A DNA stretch of 64,000 bases from Thermoanaerobaculia bacterium (GCA_963666565.1 OY762911.1:1088001-1152000), one strand, 5' to 3'; shown: positions 9,656 to 19,109, numbered from the stretch's first letter. A program made the numbers and translations. The notes: generated from the letters alone by a model not told the origin.

Positions 9656-9686
9656 CGCTACCCTCCCGCAGAACAGGTTCGGATCC

Positions 9687-11693
9687 GTGCGAGCTTACCG
9701 CAGCCAATGGGCCTCCGGCGCCGCCGTCGCGCTGGCGGCGATCTTCGGCCTGGCCGTCGGCTCGTCATCGCCACTCTCGGCAGACGGTCGCACACCGGGT
9801 GCGCGGGTCTTCCGACCCGCTGCCGCCGCAGGCGGCTTCCAGTATCGTCGCCGGCCTCTGGCCGGCGGCCTTGTTGTCCGGGCTGCGCCGCTCCGCGGCT
9901 CCGCCCGGAGGCGGGTCAGAAGACCCGCGCACCCAGAGCTACGGCGACGTTGGGGACGCCGCTCTGTACTGCAACTGGCGGCACTCATCCTCGCCGCCAT
10001 CGCCGCCCAGCCAGCCGTCGCCCAGTTCCAGGACGGTGAACCGGCGCCGTCCCGCAACGACCCGGCCGACACGATCCTCGACGGCGGCAACGTCTACACC
10101 CCCGACGGCTGGGCGGAGTCCATCGCGATCCGGGACGGCGTGATCGTCGCGGTCGGCGACAGTGCCTCCGTCGACGCCTTCCGCACCGACGCGACCGACG
10201 TCATCGACCTGGCCGGCCGGACCGTGTTCCCCGGCTTCCACGACGTCCACGTGCATCCCCTGATCGCGGGGATGCAGGAGTTCTCGTGCCGCCTGCCTCC
10301 GGGTGCGACGCCAGACATCATCAGCGAGTCGGTTGGCGAGTGCGCCTCCCGGGCCGAGCCCGGGGAGTGGATCAACGGCGGCAACTGGGTGGCGGCGGTG
10401 TTCGAGCCCGGCCAGCAGACCAGGCAGTTCCTGGACGCCGTGTCGCCGGACAACCCGGTCTTCCTGTACGACGAGTCCCACCACAGCGTCTGGGTCAACA
10501 CGAAGGCGCTGGAAGTCGCCGGCATCGACCGCGACACCCCGAACCCGGAGGGCGGGATCATCGAGCGCGACCAGGACGGCAACCCGACCGGCCTGCTGCG
10601 CGAGACGGCCAACGCGATGGTGGCTTCCGCGATTCCTCCGGCCTCGGACGCGCGGAAGATGCAGGGCATGAAGATCGCCACCGACGAGATGCTGGCCCAC
10701 GGCATCACCTCGTTCACCGTCGCCTACGCGAACTCGTGGCAGCTCGGCGCGCTGGCGCAACTGGCGCGCGAGGGCACGTTGAAGCAGCGGGTGCGGGCCT
10801 GCGTCGCCTGGGCGCACAATCCGGCGCTCGCCGACGCCGCCGAGTCCCAGCTCGCGATCCGGGCGACCTACGAGAGCGAGCGACTGAAGGTCGACTGCGT
10901 GAAGATCATGCTCGACGGCGTGCCGACGGAGAGCCACACCGCGGCGATGCTCGCGCCCTACGAGGACTCGACCGGCGAGGACGATCCGCGGCCCAAGCTC
11001 GGGCTGCTCCTGGTGCCGCAGGAGGCGCTGAACGACGCCGTGACGGCGTTCGACCGCCAGGGGCTGCACGTGAAGATGCACGCCGCCGGCGACGGCGCGG
11101 TGCGTGCCGCGATCGACGCGGTCGCGGCGGCCCGGGAACGGAACGGCTTCGGCGGCCCGATGCACGATGTCGGCCACAGCACCTTCGTCGACCCGGCCGA
11201 CATTCCCAGGCCGCGCGAGCTGGGGATGGCCTGGGAGTTCTCGCCCTACATCTGGTTCCCCACGCCGATGGCGGCGATCGACATCCGCAAGGCGGTCGGC
11301 GACGAGCGGATGAAGCGATGGGTTCCGATCAGGGACGCCCTCGAGACGGGCGCCCTCGTGGCGGCCGGCTCGGACTGGCCGGTGGTGCCCCTGGTCGACC
11401 CGTGGCTCGCGGTCGAGACGATGGTGACCCGGCAGGTTCCCGGCGGCAGCGAGGAGACGCTCGGCCTCCAGGGACAGGTGAGGCTGGAGGACGCGCTCCG
11501 CATCATGACCTGGAACGGCGCGCGCCTGATGGGGCAGGGCGACAAGGTCGGCACCATCGAGGTCGGCAAGGAGGCCGACCTCGTCGTCACCTCGCAGAAC
11601 CCGTTCGACGTCGAGCCCACGGAAGTTCACCGGACGAAGGTGGAGATGACGTTCATCGCCGGCGAAAGGGTGTACACCGCCGGTGCCAACTAG
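9687..11693 (+). CDS. Exported amidohydrolase (Amidohydro_3/YtcJ-like) with a repeat inserted in the N-terminus; start uncertain
   Basis: PGFHDVHVH, GNPTGLLRE, KIMLDG, MHAAGD, GSDWPV, GTIEVGKEADLVV. Confidence 0.85.
   Translation: MRAYRSQWASGAAVALAAIFGLAVGSSSPLSADGRTPGARVFRPAAAAGGFQYRRRPLAGGLVVRAAPLRGSARRRVRRPAHPELRRRWGRRSVLQLAALILAAIAAQPAVAQFQDGEPAPSRNDPADTILDGGNVYTPDGWAESIAIRDGVIVAVGDSASVDAFRTDATDVIDLAGRTVFPGFHDVHVHPLIAGMQEFSCRLPPGATPDIISESVGECASRAEPGEWINGGNWVAAVFEPGQQTRQFLDAVSPDNPVFLYDESHHSVWVNTKALEVAGIDRDTPNPEGGIIERDQDGNPTGLLRETANAMVASAIPPASDARKMQGMKIATDEMLAHGITSFTVAYANSWQLGALAQLAREGTLKQRVRACVAWAHNPALADAAESQLAIRATYESERLKVDCVKIMLDGVPTESHTAAMLAPYEDSTGEDDPRPKLGLLLVPQEALNDAVTAFDRQGLHVKMHAAGDGAVRAAIDAVAAARERNGFGGPMHDVGHSTFVDPADIPRPRELGMAWEFSPYIWFPTPMAAIDIRKAVGDERMKRWVPIRDALETGALVAAGSDWPVVPLVDPWLAVETMVTRQVPGGSEETLGLQGQVRLEDALRIMTWNGARLMGQGDKVGTIEVGKEADLVVTSQNPFDVEPTEVHRTKVEMTFIAGERVYTAGAN
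9795..9936. repeat. Full 142-bp palindromic element within the amidohydrolase ORF
   Basis: Same length and inverted repeats as 926-1067; reads [13 protein letters not shown]...RVRRPAHP in the gene frame. Confidence 0.95.
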
Positions 11694-11694
11694 G

Positions 11695-11860
11695 CAGATC
11701 TACAGCCTGCAGACAGAGGAGGTCTGGATCGCGAAGCCGCTGCCGCCGGCGGTCGAGACGGAGCACCACACGCTGCGGGTCGAGTACCTGGCGACCGACG
11801 AACTGAACCTCCTGGTGAAGGGCCGGAACTACGGCTGGCCGGTCGTGACGTTCGGCCGGG
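11695..11860 (+). pseudogene. Internally deleted remnant of a PQQ-dependent glucose/sorbosone dehydrogenase
   Basis: DELNLLVKGRNYGWPVVTFG matches the family DELN...G.NYGWP motif; only ~55 codons remain. Confidence 0.6.
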
Positions 11861-11887
11861 TCACCCGCCAGGAACTCCTGTTCAAGG

Positions 11888-12061
11888 GCCACGGCCGACG
11901 CGCTGACCGGGGCGAGCACCGGTCTGGTCGGCTCGCTGTGGGCCGCCGTGCCGATCTTCTTCGTGTGCGGCGTCGTCTGGGCGGCCGTCATCCGCCGGCG
12001 CGACGCCGAGGCCTACGAACGCCTGGGCCATTTCATCGACGAATCACCGGACGCGGCCTAG
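11888..12061 (+). pseudogene. C-terminal remnant of an APC-type amino acid/amine permease
   Basis: Reads ATADALTGASTGLVGSLWAAVPIFFVCGVVWAAVIRRRDAEAYERLGHFIDESPDAA*: a last TM helix and tail with no start codon, directly upstream of a glutamylation operon. Confidence 0.5.
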
Positions 12062-12090
12062 CTGAAGCCGCGACGTCAAAGGGACTGCAC

Positions 12091-13416
12091 ATGAGCGACA
12101 TCGAACGCACCGAACAGCTCGTCGAGCAGGGCGCCAGAACACTGCGGGTCATGTACCCCGATCTCCACGGGATCGCACGCGGCAAGGACCTCGTCCTCGC
12201 CGACGCCGGCCACGAGATCGAGGACGGGGTCGCCTTCTGCTCGGCGATCATGACCACCGACCTGGCGCACACGCCGGTGATGGGCGGCGAGATCGGTTAC
12301 CCGGACTTCTTCGCGCGGCCGGATCTGTCGACCGCCGCGGCGCTGCCGTGGGCGCCGGACGTCGCCGCCTGTCTGGTGGACCTGGTCGACGAAGAGGGCA
12401 ACCCCCATCCGTTCGACCCGCGCGGCGCGGTGCGGCGGGCGGCGGACGGCCTGACCGAACTGGATCTTTTGCCGATCGTCGGCCCGGAGCTCGAGTTCTT
12501 CCTGTTCAAGCCCGACGACGCTGCCCCGGAGGGCGCGGTCCGCTACGTCGACACGCTGTCGCGGGTCTACACGGTCGGCGCCGAGAGCGACCCCGGCGGC
12601 ATCTCGGGCCGGATGCTCCACGCCTGCGCCGAGATGGGCCTGGGCGCCTATGCCGCGAACCACGAGTTCATGAACTCCCAGTACGAGATCAACCTCCGCC
12701 ACGGCCCCGCCCTCGACGCTGCCGACCGGGCCTTCCGTCTCAAGGCGACCGTCAAGGAGATGGCGGTGCTGGAGGAGATGCGGGCGACGTTCATGGGCCG
12801 GCCCTTCAACGATCAGGGCGGTTCGGGGCTTCACCTCCACGTGTCCCTCCAGGACGGCGAGGGCGCCAACCGGATCGGCGATCCGGCGGGCCCGGACGGC
12901 CTGAGCGCGGCCGCGCTCTCCTTCATCGCCGGCGTGCTGGAGCATGCCGGGGCGCTGATGGCCTTCCTGAATCCGACGGTCAACGCCTTCAAGCGGATCG
13001 CGCCCGACTCGCTGGCGCCGATCAACGTGTCCTGGGGCCTCGACAACCGGACGACCTTCGTCCGCGTGCCGCCCGAGCGCGGCAAGGCGGCGCGGCTGGA
13101 GATTCGCGTCGGCGACGGCACGGCCAACTGCCACCTGGCCATCGCCGCCCTGCTGCAGGCCGGGCTCGACGGCGTGCGGCGGGAACTCGAGGCGCCCGAG
13201 CAGACCGCGGGCGACGCCTACCGGCGGGAGGATCTCGCCCCGCTGCCGAGCTCCCTCGACCAGGCCCTCGACGCGCTGGAGGCCGACGAACTGCTCTGCG
13301 ACGGCGTCGGCCGCGAGATCGTCCACGCTTTCCTGACGCTCAAGCGCTTCGAACTCGAGCGCTACCACGGCTGGGTGACCGACTGGGAGCGCAACGAGTA
13401 CCGGATTCAACTGTAG
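12091..13416 (+). CDS. Glutamine synthetase-like gamma-glutamyl-amine ligase (PuuA/PauA-like)
   Basis: DLHGIARGK, GPELEFFL, HEFMNSQYEIN, GSGLHLH, WGLDNRT, RLEIRVGD; cluster includes a PuuD-like hydrolase. Confidence 0.88.
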   Translation: MSDIERTEQLVEQGARTLRVMYPDLHGIARGKDLVLADAGHEIEDGVAFCSAIMTTDLAHTPVMGGEIGYPDFFARPDLSTAAALPWAPDVAACLVDLVDEEGNPHPFDPRGAVRRAADGLTELDLLPIVGPELEFFLFKPDDAAPEGAVRYVDTLSRVYTVGAESDPGGISGRMLHACAEMGLGAYAANHEFMNSQYEINLRHGPALDAADRAFRLKATVKEMAVLEEMRATFMGRPFNDQGGSGLHLHVSLQDGEGANRIGDPAGPDGLSAAALSFIAGVLEHAGALMAFLNPTVNAFKRIAPDSLAPINVSWGLDNRTTFVRVPPERGKAARLEIRVGDGTANCHLAIAALLQAGLDGVRRELEAPEQTAGDAYRREDLAPLPSSLDQALDALEADELLCDGVGREIVHAFLTLKRFELERYHGWVTDWERNEYRIQL

Positions 13417-13427
13417 GGGCTGGGCCC

Positions 13428-14678
13428 GTGGCGCACGCAGCCAACGCCTCGCTCGCGGCCGGGATCGACCTCTGCGATCACGACCGGTTCGCCCGGGGCG
13501 TGCCTCACGAGTGGTTCGCCCGGTTGCGGACGGAGGCGCCGGTGTACTGGCAGCCGGAGCCGAAGGGCCCGGGCTTCTGGTCGATCGTGCGGCACGAGGA
13601 TGTCGTCCGCGTCTCGAAGGACCCGAAGCGCTTCTCGTCCGAAGTCGGCGGCACGTCGCTTGAGGACCTGGAGCCGGAGCACGTCGAGGCCCGCAAGTCG
13701 ATGATCGACATGGATCCGCCGCGCCACTACAAGCTGCGCTCGCTGATCAGCAAGCGCTTCCTGCCGCGGGCTCTCACCGCCTTCTCGGACCACATCCGGC
13801 AACTGTTCCGGGGCATCCTGGAGACCGCGATCGCCCGGGGCGACTTCGATTTCGTCGACGACGTGGCGGTCGAGCTGCCGATGCGGGTGTTCGCCGAGAT
13901 GCTGGGCGCGCCACAGGAGGACCGGCGGCTGATCGTCGACATCGGCAACCGCATCCTCGGCGCGACCGATCCGGAGTACGTCGACGACTACGAGACGGAG
14001 CGGGAGCGCTTCAAGCACCTGCCGTTCTCGAGCCCGGCGAGTCTCGAGATGTTCGAGTACGGGCGGAAGCTGGCGGCCCAGCGCCGCGCCGAACCGCGCG
14101 ACGACATCGTGACCGACCTGGTGTTCGCCGAGGTCGACGGCGAGCCGCTCACGCCGCACGAGTTCGATCTGTACTTCCTGCTGCTGGCCGCGGCCGGCAA
14201 CGAGACGACGCGCCACTCGCTGTCGGGCGGCATGCACGAGCTGCTACGCCACCCCGACCAGGCGGAGCGCGTCGTCGCCGGCGACGAGGACATGGCGGTG
14301 ACGGCCGCCGACGAGGTGCTCCGGATGGTGACGGCCGTCCACCACTTCCGCCGCACGGCGACGGAGGACGTCGAGATGCGCGGCGAGGTCATCCGCGCCG
14401 GCGACAAGGTCGCGATGTGGTACACGAGCGCCAACCGGGACGAGGACGTGTTCGAGGAACCCAACCGATTCGACGTCGGCCGCAAGCCGAACCGGCACCT
14501 GACCTTCGGGATCGGGCCGCACTTCTGCCTGGGCGCGTACCTGGCGCGGCTTGAGATCCAGATCGCGCTGGAGGAGCTGCGGCCCCATCTCGGCCGCCTC
14601 GAACTGGTCTCGGAGCCCGAGCGGCTGCGCTCCAACTTCTTCAACGGCATCAAGCACATGGGAGTCCGCTACCGATGA
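13428..14678 (+). CDS. Cytochrome P450
   Basis: MDPPRH, AAAGNETT, ExxR (EVLR) and the heme motif FGIGPHFCLG. Confidence 0.93.
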   Translation: MAHAANASLAAGIDLCDHDRFARGVPHEWFARLRTEAPVYWQPEPKGPGFWSIVRHEDVVRVSKDPKRFSSEVGGTSLEDLEPEHVEARKSMIDMDPPRHYKLRSLISKRFLPRALTAFSDHIRQLFRGILETAIARGDFDFVDDVAVELPMRVFAEMLGAPQEDRRLIVDIGNRILGATDPEYVDDYETERERFKHLPFSSPASLEMFEYGRKLAAQRRAEPRDDIVTDLVFAEVDGEPLTPHEFDLYFLLLAAAGNETTRHSLSGGMHELLRHPDQAERVVAGDEDMAVTAADEVLRMVTAVHHFRRTATEDVEMRGEVIRAGDKVAMWYTSANRDEDVFEEPNRFDVGRKPNRHLTFGIGPHFCLGAYLARLEIQIALEELRPHLGRLELVSEPERLRSNFFNGIKHMGVRYR

Positions 14679-15451
14679 GTGGGGGCGCGGCGGACAACTC
14701 CGGGCGGGGACGCAGGCCGCGGATCGGCATCGTCGGCGACGTCCGGGATGCGACGATCGGCCCCTGGGACGAGGTCGTCTCGATGGTCCCGCACGATTAC
14801 GTCTCGGCGATTGCCGCCGCCGGCGGCGCCCCGGTCATCATCCCGAGCGTCGAGCCGTACGACGAGGAACCCGGGGCCGCGCTCGACGACCTCGACGGCA
14901 TCGTCTTCATGGGCGGCAAGGACTTCGACGCGGGGATCTACGGCGCGGAACCGCACCCGGAGAACGACGAGCACGACGAGATGCGCGACCGGGTCGAGCT
15001 GGCGATCGGCCGCGCCGCGCTCGAACGCCGGATGCCGATCCTCGGGATCTGCCGCGGCTTCCAGCTCCTGAACATCCTCTACGGCGGCGACCTGGAACAG
15101 CACCTCGGCGACCGGCTCGACATGAAGCCTCACCGCGACGTCCTGGGCGAGTTCACGCGGCACATGGTGACGATCGAGCCGGGGACGCACCTGGCGGCCG
15201 CGATGGAGGCGGGCAGGGAAGACGGCGACGTCGAGATCGCTTCGCACCATCACCAGGGCGCCGGCCGGCTGGGCGAGGGCCTCCGCGTGGCGGCCACCGC
15301 GCCGGACGGCGTCGTCGAAGCGCTCGAAGACCCGGAGCTTCCGTTCTGTCTCGGCGTCCAGTGGCACCCCGAGGTCACCGCGCCGGAGGACGGCGGCCGG
15401 CTGTTCCGCGCCCTGGTCGACTTCTGCTCATCCCATCCACCAACGGCGTGA
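14675..15451 (+). CDS. Gamma-glutamyl-gamma-aminobutyrate hydrolase family (peptidase C26, PuuD-like)
   Basis: GICRGFQ nucleophile, SHHHQG, GVQWHPE. Confidence 0.9.
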   Translation: MSGGAADNSGRGRRPRIGIVGDVRDATIGPWDEVVSMVPHDYVSAIAAAGGAPVIIPSVEPYDEEPGAALDDLDGIVFMGGKDFDAGIYGAEPHPENDEHDEMRDRVELAIGRAALERRMPILGICRGFQLLNILYGGDLEQHLGDRLDMKPHRDVLGEFTRHMVTIEPGTHLAAAMEAGREDGDVEIASHHHQGAGRLGEGLRVAATAPDGVVEALEDPELPFCLGVQWHPEVTAPEDGGRLFRALVDFCSSHPPTA

Positions 15452-15463
15452 GGACGGACCGCG

Positions 15464-16255
15464 ATGAGACATGAACGCCGAGCCGACGACGGCACCTGGC
15501 TGCCTCCGATCGATCCGCCGTCGAAGATCATCGGCGTCCACCTGAGCTACCGCTCGCGCTGCGTCGAGTACCAGATGGAGCGCATCCCCGAGGTGCCGTC
15601 CTACTTCATGAAGCCCACGTCGTCGCTGAGCGCCCACGAGGCTCCGGTGGCGCGGCCGCGCGGCTGCCGCTTCCTGAACTACGAGGGGGAGTTCGCGGTC
15701 GTCATCGGCCGGCGGGCGACCGGCGTGGCGATCGAGGAGGCGCTCGACTACGTCCGCGGTTACACGCTGGTCAACGACTTCGGCATCCACGACTTCCGGC
15801 ACGCCGACCGCGGCTCGATGCTGCGGGTCAAGGGTCAGGACGGCTTCGGGCCGATGGGCCCGGCCCTGGTCGATGCCGGCGACGTCGATCCGAACGACCT
15901 GACGCTGCGCACCCTGGTCAACGGCGAGGTGGTGCAGGAAGGGAACACGGGCGAGGACCTCCTGTTCTCGTTCGCCTACCAGGTCGCCGACCTGAGCCGG
16001 TTGATCACGCTCAAACCCGGCGACGTCATCATGACCGGGACGCCGGCGAACTCGCGGCCGGTCGAGCCCGGCGATGTGGTCGAGGTGCAGTGCGACGAAA
16101 TCGGCACGCTGCGCAACCCCATCGTCGAGCTGGACCGGGACCTGCAGCCGGTCGGCGAGCAGCCCCAGGTGACCGGCAACACGCTGCACGTCGCGCTCTG
16201 CGTGCCGGAGGACGAGGCCGAGATCGTCGCGGCGGCGGAGGCGGCGGGCTCGTGA
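15464..16255 (+). CDS. Fumarylacetoacetate hydrolase family protein (HpaG-like)
   Basis: YFMKP, NYEGE, ND, KGQDGFGPMGP, PGDVIMTGTP. Confidence 0.88.
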   Translation: MRHERRADDGTWLPPIDPPSKIIGVHLSYRSRCVEYQMERIPEVPSYFMKPTSSLSAHEAPVARPRGCRFLNYEGEFAVVIGRRATGVAIEEALDYVRGYTLVNDFGIHDFRHADRGSMLRVKGQDGFGPMGPALVDAGDVDPNDLTLRTLVNGEVVQEGNTGEDLLFSFAYQVADLSRLITLKPGDVIMTGTPANSRPVEPGDVVEVQCDEIGTLRNPIVELDRDLQPVGEQPQVTGNTLHVALCVPEDEAEIVAAAEAAGS

Positions 16256-17736
16256 CGGCCGAGCGCGTCGACATCGAGGGTGTCTCGGTTCCGACGGGCC
16301 ACCTGATCGGCGGCCGGCGGGTCGGCGGGGGCGCCGGCTTCGAGGTCCGTTCGCCGATCGACTGGGAATGGAAGCTGGCCGAGTTGCCCGAGGCGGGGGA
16401 GGCGGAGGTCGACGCCGCCGTCGACGCTGCGCGCGGGGCGTTCGCGGACTGGGCGGCGCTGGGACCGGAAGGGCGCGCGCCGTACCTGCTGCGCCTGGCC
16501 GCCGAAGTCGAACGGCGGGCCGCCGAGATCGCCCAGGTCGAGACGGTCGACAACGGTTCGCTGCTGGAGGCGATGCGCGAGCGGGTGATTCCGCGCGGCG
16601 GGATGAACTTCCGCTTCTTCGCGGAGTACGCGGTGTCGCGCCTGGAGGAGCCGCCGCGCACCCTGCATGGCGGCGAACGGAACACGGTCCGGCACGACCC
16701 GGCCGGCGTCGTCGCGGTGTCGACGCCTTGGAACGCGCCTTTCATGCTGGCGACCTGGCGGGTCGGCCCGGCGCTTGCCGCGGGCAACACCGTCGTCCTC
16801 AAGCCGCCGGAGTGGGCGCCGCTGACCTGCTCGCTGCTCGGCGACCTGGCGGAGGAGGCGGGGCTGCCGCCCGGTGTGCTCAACATCGTCCACGGCGGGC
16901 CGGAGACCGGCGCGCTGCTGACCGGCCATGCCGGCGTCGACCGGATCGCCTTCACCGGATCGCCGGCGACCGCCCGCACGGTCGGCGCCGCGGCGGCGGC
17001 GGAACTGACTCCCGTCTCCTTCGAGCTTGGCGGCAAGTCGCCGTTCCTCGTCTTCGCCGACGCCGACCTGGAGGCCGCCGCTCGCACCGCCGCCTACCAG
17101 TACGACAACTCGGGCCAAGTCTGCCTGGCCGGCACCCGGCTGCTGGTCGAACGGAGCTGCCTCGACGCCTTCATGGAGCGATTCCTGGCGGAAGTCGAGG
17201 CGATCCGGGTCGGCGATCCCCGTGACGCCGCGACGACCTACGGCCCGTTGATCCACCCGCGGGCGCTCGCCCGCGTCGAGGCGCACGTCGAGAAGGCGCT
17301 CGCCCGGGGCGCGGCGCTCCGGTTCGGCGGCAAGGGGAGCGGCGGGCTCTACTACCCGCCGACGCTGTTCGCCGACGTGCCTCCCGGCGCCGGCATCCTG
17401 CGCGAGGAGGTGTTCGGGCCGGTGCTGACCCTGCAGGCGTTCGAGGACGACGACGAGGCGATCGCGTTGGCCGAGTCGACCGACTACGGACTCGCCGCGA
17501 TGATCTTCACCGGCGACGAGTCCCGCGCGGGCCGGCTCTCGCGCCGGATCAGCGCCGGCACGATCTGGGTGAACTGCTTCTACGTCCGCGACCTCGAGAC
17601 GCCCTTCGGCGGCACGAAGCACTCCGGCATCGGCCGCGAGGGCGGCCGCCATTCGTTCGACTTCTACTGCGACGTGAAGACGGTCTGCGAACGCACTGCC
17701 GCGTTCGCGGCCGCCGGGACAGGAGGTGGCTCGTGA
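16252..17736 (+). CDS. Aldehyde dehydrogenase, hydroxymuconic semialdehyde dehydrogenase-like (HpaE/XylG class)
   Basis: PWNAPFML, KPPEWAP, FTGS, ELGGKS, GQVCLAG, EEVFGP, PFGG..SGIGREGG; GTGA-coupled start. Confidence 0.88.
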   Translation: MTAERVDIEGVSVPTGHLIGGRRVGGGAGFEVRSPIDWEWKLAELPEAGEAEVDAAVDAARGAFADWAALGPEGRAPYLLRLAAEVERRAAEIAQVETVDNGSLLEAMRERVIPRGGMNFRFFAEYAVSRLEEPPRTLHGGERNTVRHDPAGVVAVSTPWNAPFMLATWRVGPALAAGNTVVLKPPEWAPLTCSLLGDLAEEAGLPPGVLNIVHGGPETGALLTGHAGVDRIAFTGSPATARTVGAAAAAELTPVSFELGGKSPFLVFADADLEAAARTAAYQYDNSGQVCLAGTRLLVERSCLDAFMERFLAEVEAIRVGDPRDAATTYGPLIHPRALARVEAHVEKALARGAALRFGGKGSGGLYYPPTLFADVPPGAGILREEVFGPVLTLQAFEDDDEAIALAESTDYGLAAMIFTGDESRAGRLSRRISAGTIWVNCFYVRDLETPFGGTKHSGIGREGGRHSFDFYCDVKTVCERTAAFAAAGTGGGS

Positions 17737-18788
17737 TTCGCGGCATTCACCACGTCGGCCTCACCGTGACGGACCTCGCCGAGGCATCGGCGCGCTGGCA
17801 ACGTCTGCTCGGCCTGACCCCGGCCGGAGACGACGGTGCCTCACCACTGGGTGCGCCGGCGTCCCCGCCGGCTGCCGCCGCAGGCGGCCTGGAGACGCGC
17901 GAGGCGGCAGCCTCGCTCGATTCCGCCCTGCTCCGCTGCGCCTACGAAGACTTCTGCGTCCGCCTGACCGCCGGCGAGCGAGGCTGCGTCGACTACATCG
18001 CCTACGAGCTCGAAGGCGGCGTGACGTTGGCCGAGGCCGGCGACCGGCTGTCCGACGCCGGAACGCTCGCGGTGCCCTTCGAGCTGCCGGCGGGCCGATT
18101 CGGGCTGCGCACCGCCGACCCGGACGGCAACGGCGTGGCCGTCGTCGAGCACGTCGCCCCGGACGACCCGCGGCCCGACGTCTGCAAGCACTCGGACGCC
18201 CTGCCAGGGTTCCATCCGCGCCGGCTCCAGCACGTGAACTACCTCACCGCCGACACGCCGCGCGCGGTCGAGTGGTACGTCGAGGCGCTCGGCCTCAAGA
18301 TCACCGACTGGATCGGTGACGACGCCTGCTGGCTCCACGCCGACCGCGACCACCACGTGCTCGCCTTCCTCGACAAGGGCTACGCCCACATCCACCACGT
18401 CGCCTTCGAGCTGACCGACTGGGGCGAGATGCGGGTCGGGCTCGATCACCTGGCGGCACACCGGCGGCCGATCGTGTGGGGGCCGGGCCGCCACGGCATG
18501 GCCCGGAACCTGTTCGCCTACTGGCGGATGCCCGAGGAGGACACGTTCATCGAGTTCTTCGCCGACATGGAAGTCCTCGGCCCGAACCACCAGGTCCGGC
18601 ACTTCCCGGACGACGCCTTCGCCTCGAACACCTGGGGCCAACTGCCCCCACGGTCCTACTTCCGCTTCGACGAAGACGCGATCCGCGCCGAATGGGAGCA
18701 GTCCCAGCAACTGGGCGATCCCGCTGAGGCCCTAGCCTCAGCTGGCCTGATACGGTGCCTCGGCACAGGTGGCGTCAGCCAAGCGTGA
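17733..18788 (+). CDS. VOC-family extradiol (catechol 2,3-type) dioxygenase
   Basis: PRRLQHVN, DHHVLA, HHVAF, WGPGRHG..NLFAY...EFF motifs; two VOC domains. Confidence 0.85.
   Translation: MIRGIHHVGLTVTDLAEASARWQRLLGLTPAGDDGASPLGAPASPPAAAAGGLETREAAASLDSALLRCAYEDFCVRLTAGERGCVDYIAYELEGGVTLAEAGDRLSDAGTLAVPFELPAGRFGLRTADPDGNGVAVVEHVAPDDPRPDVCKHSDALPGFHPRRLQHVNYLTADTPRAVEWYVEALGLKITDWIGDDACWLHADRDHHVLAFLDKGYAHIHHVAFELTDWGEMRVGLDHLAAHRRPIVWGPGRHGMARNLFAYWRMPEEDTFIEFFADMEVLGPNHQVRHFPDDAFASNTWGQLPPRSYFRFDEDAIRAEWEQSQQLGDPAEALASAGLIRCLGTGGVSQA
17844..17898. repeat. Variant palindromic element in frame in the dioxygenase
   Basis: CCACTGGGTGC followed by a different hairpin (GCCGGC-GTCCCC-GCCGGC), then the family tail TGCCGCCGCAGGCGGCC...GGAGACGCG. 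Confidence 0.8.
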
Positions 18789-18952
18789 GGGGCCGCAAGC
18801 AACCCGGAGCGACCGCTGGTGTCCGCCCGCCCGGATTCGTCTAGTGGAAGGTGCCTTGGCCCCGGACTACGAACTGCTTGCGGCAGCCGGGGACAGTGAA
18901 GGGTGACGCGGCGTTCGATTCCCGCATCCGGGCGGGCTCACTTAGGATTAAC

Positions 18953-19085
18953 GTGCCGCTCAACCACACCAGCGGCATCGACGGCGAGATGATTCCGGAC
19001 CACGGCCCCGACCAGGAGGCCATCCGCCAGGCGGTGGAACGCGCCCGCGATCTCGGCCAACTGTTCGCTCCAGGGAGTCCTACGT
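18953..19085 (+). pseudogene. Remnant of a beta-lactamase-like serine hydrolase
   Basis: LNHTSGIDG...LGQLFAPG resembles the family LLTHTSG...PG segment; the SxxK motif and the rest of the protein are absent. Confidence 0.5.
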
Positions 19086-19109
19086 CTCGTTGGGTGTCAG
19101 CGGACCTTG

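Noticed and set aside
11683-12090. N-terminal extension making a 577-aa glutamine synthetase fusion
   Set aside because: The extension consists of unrelated remnants, one in another frame; the GS domain starts at ATG 12091.
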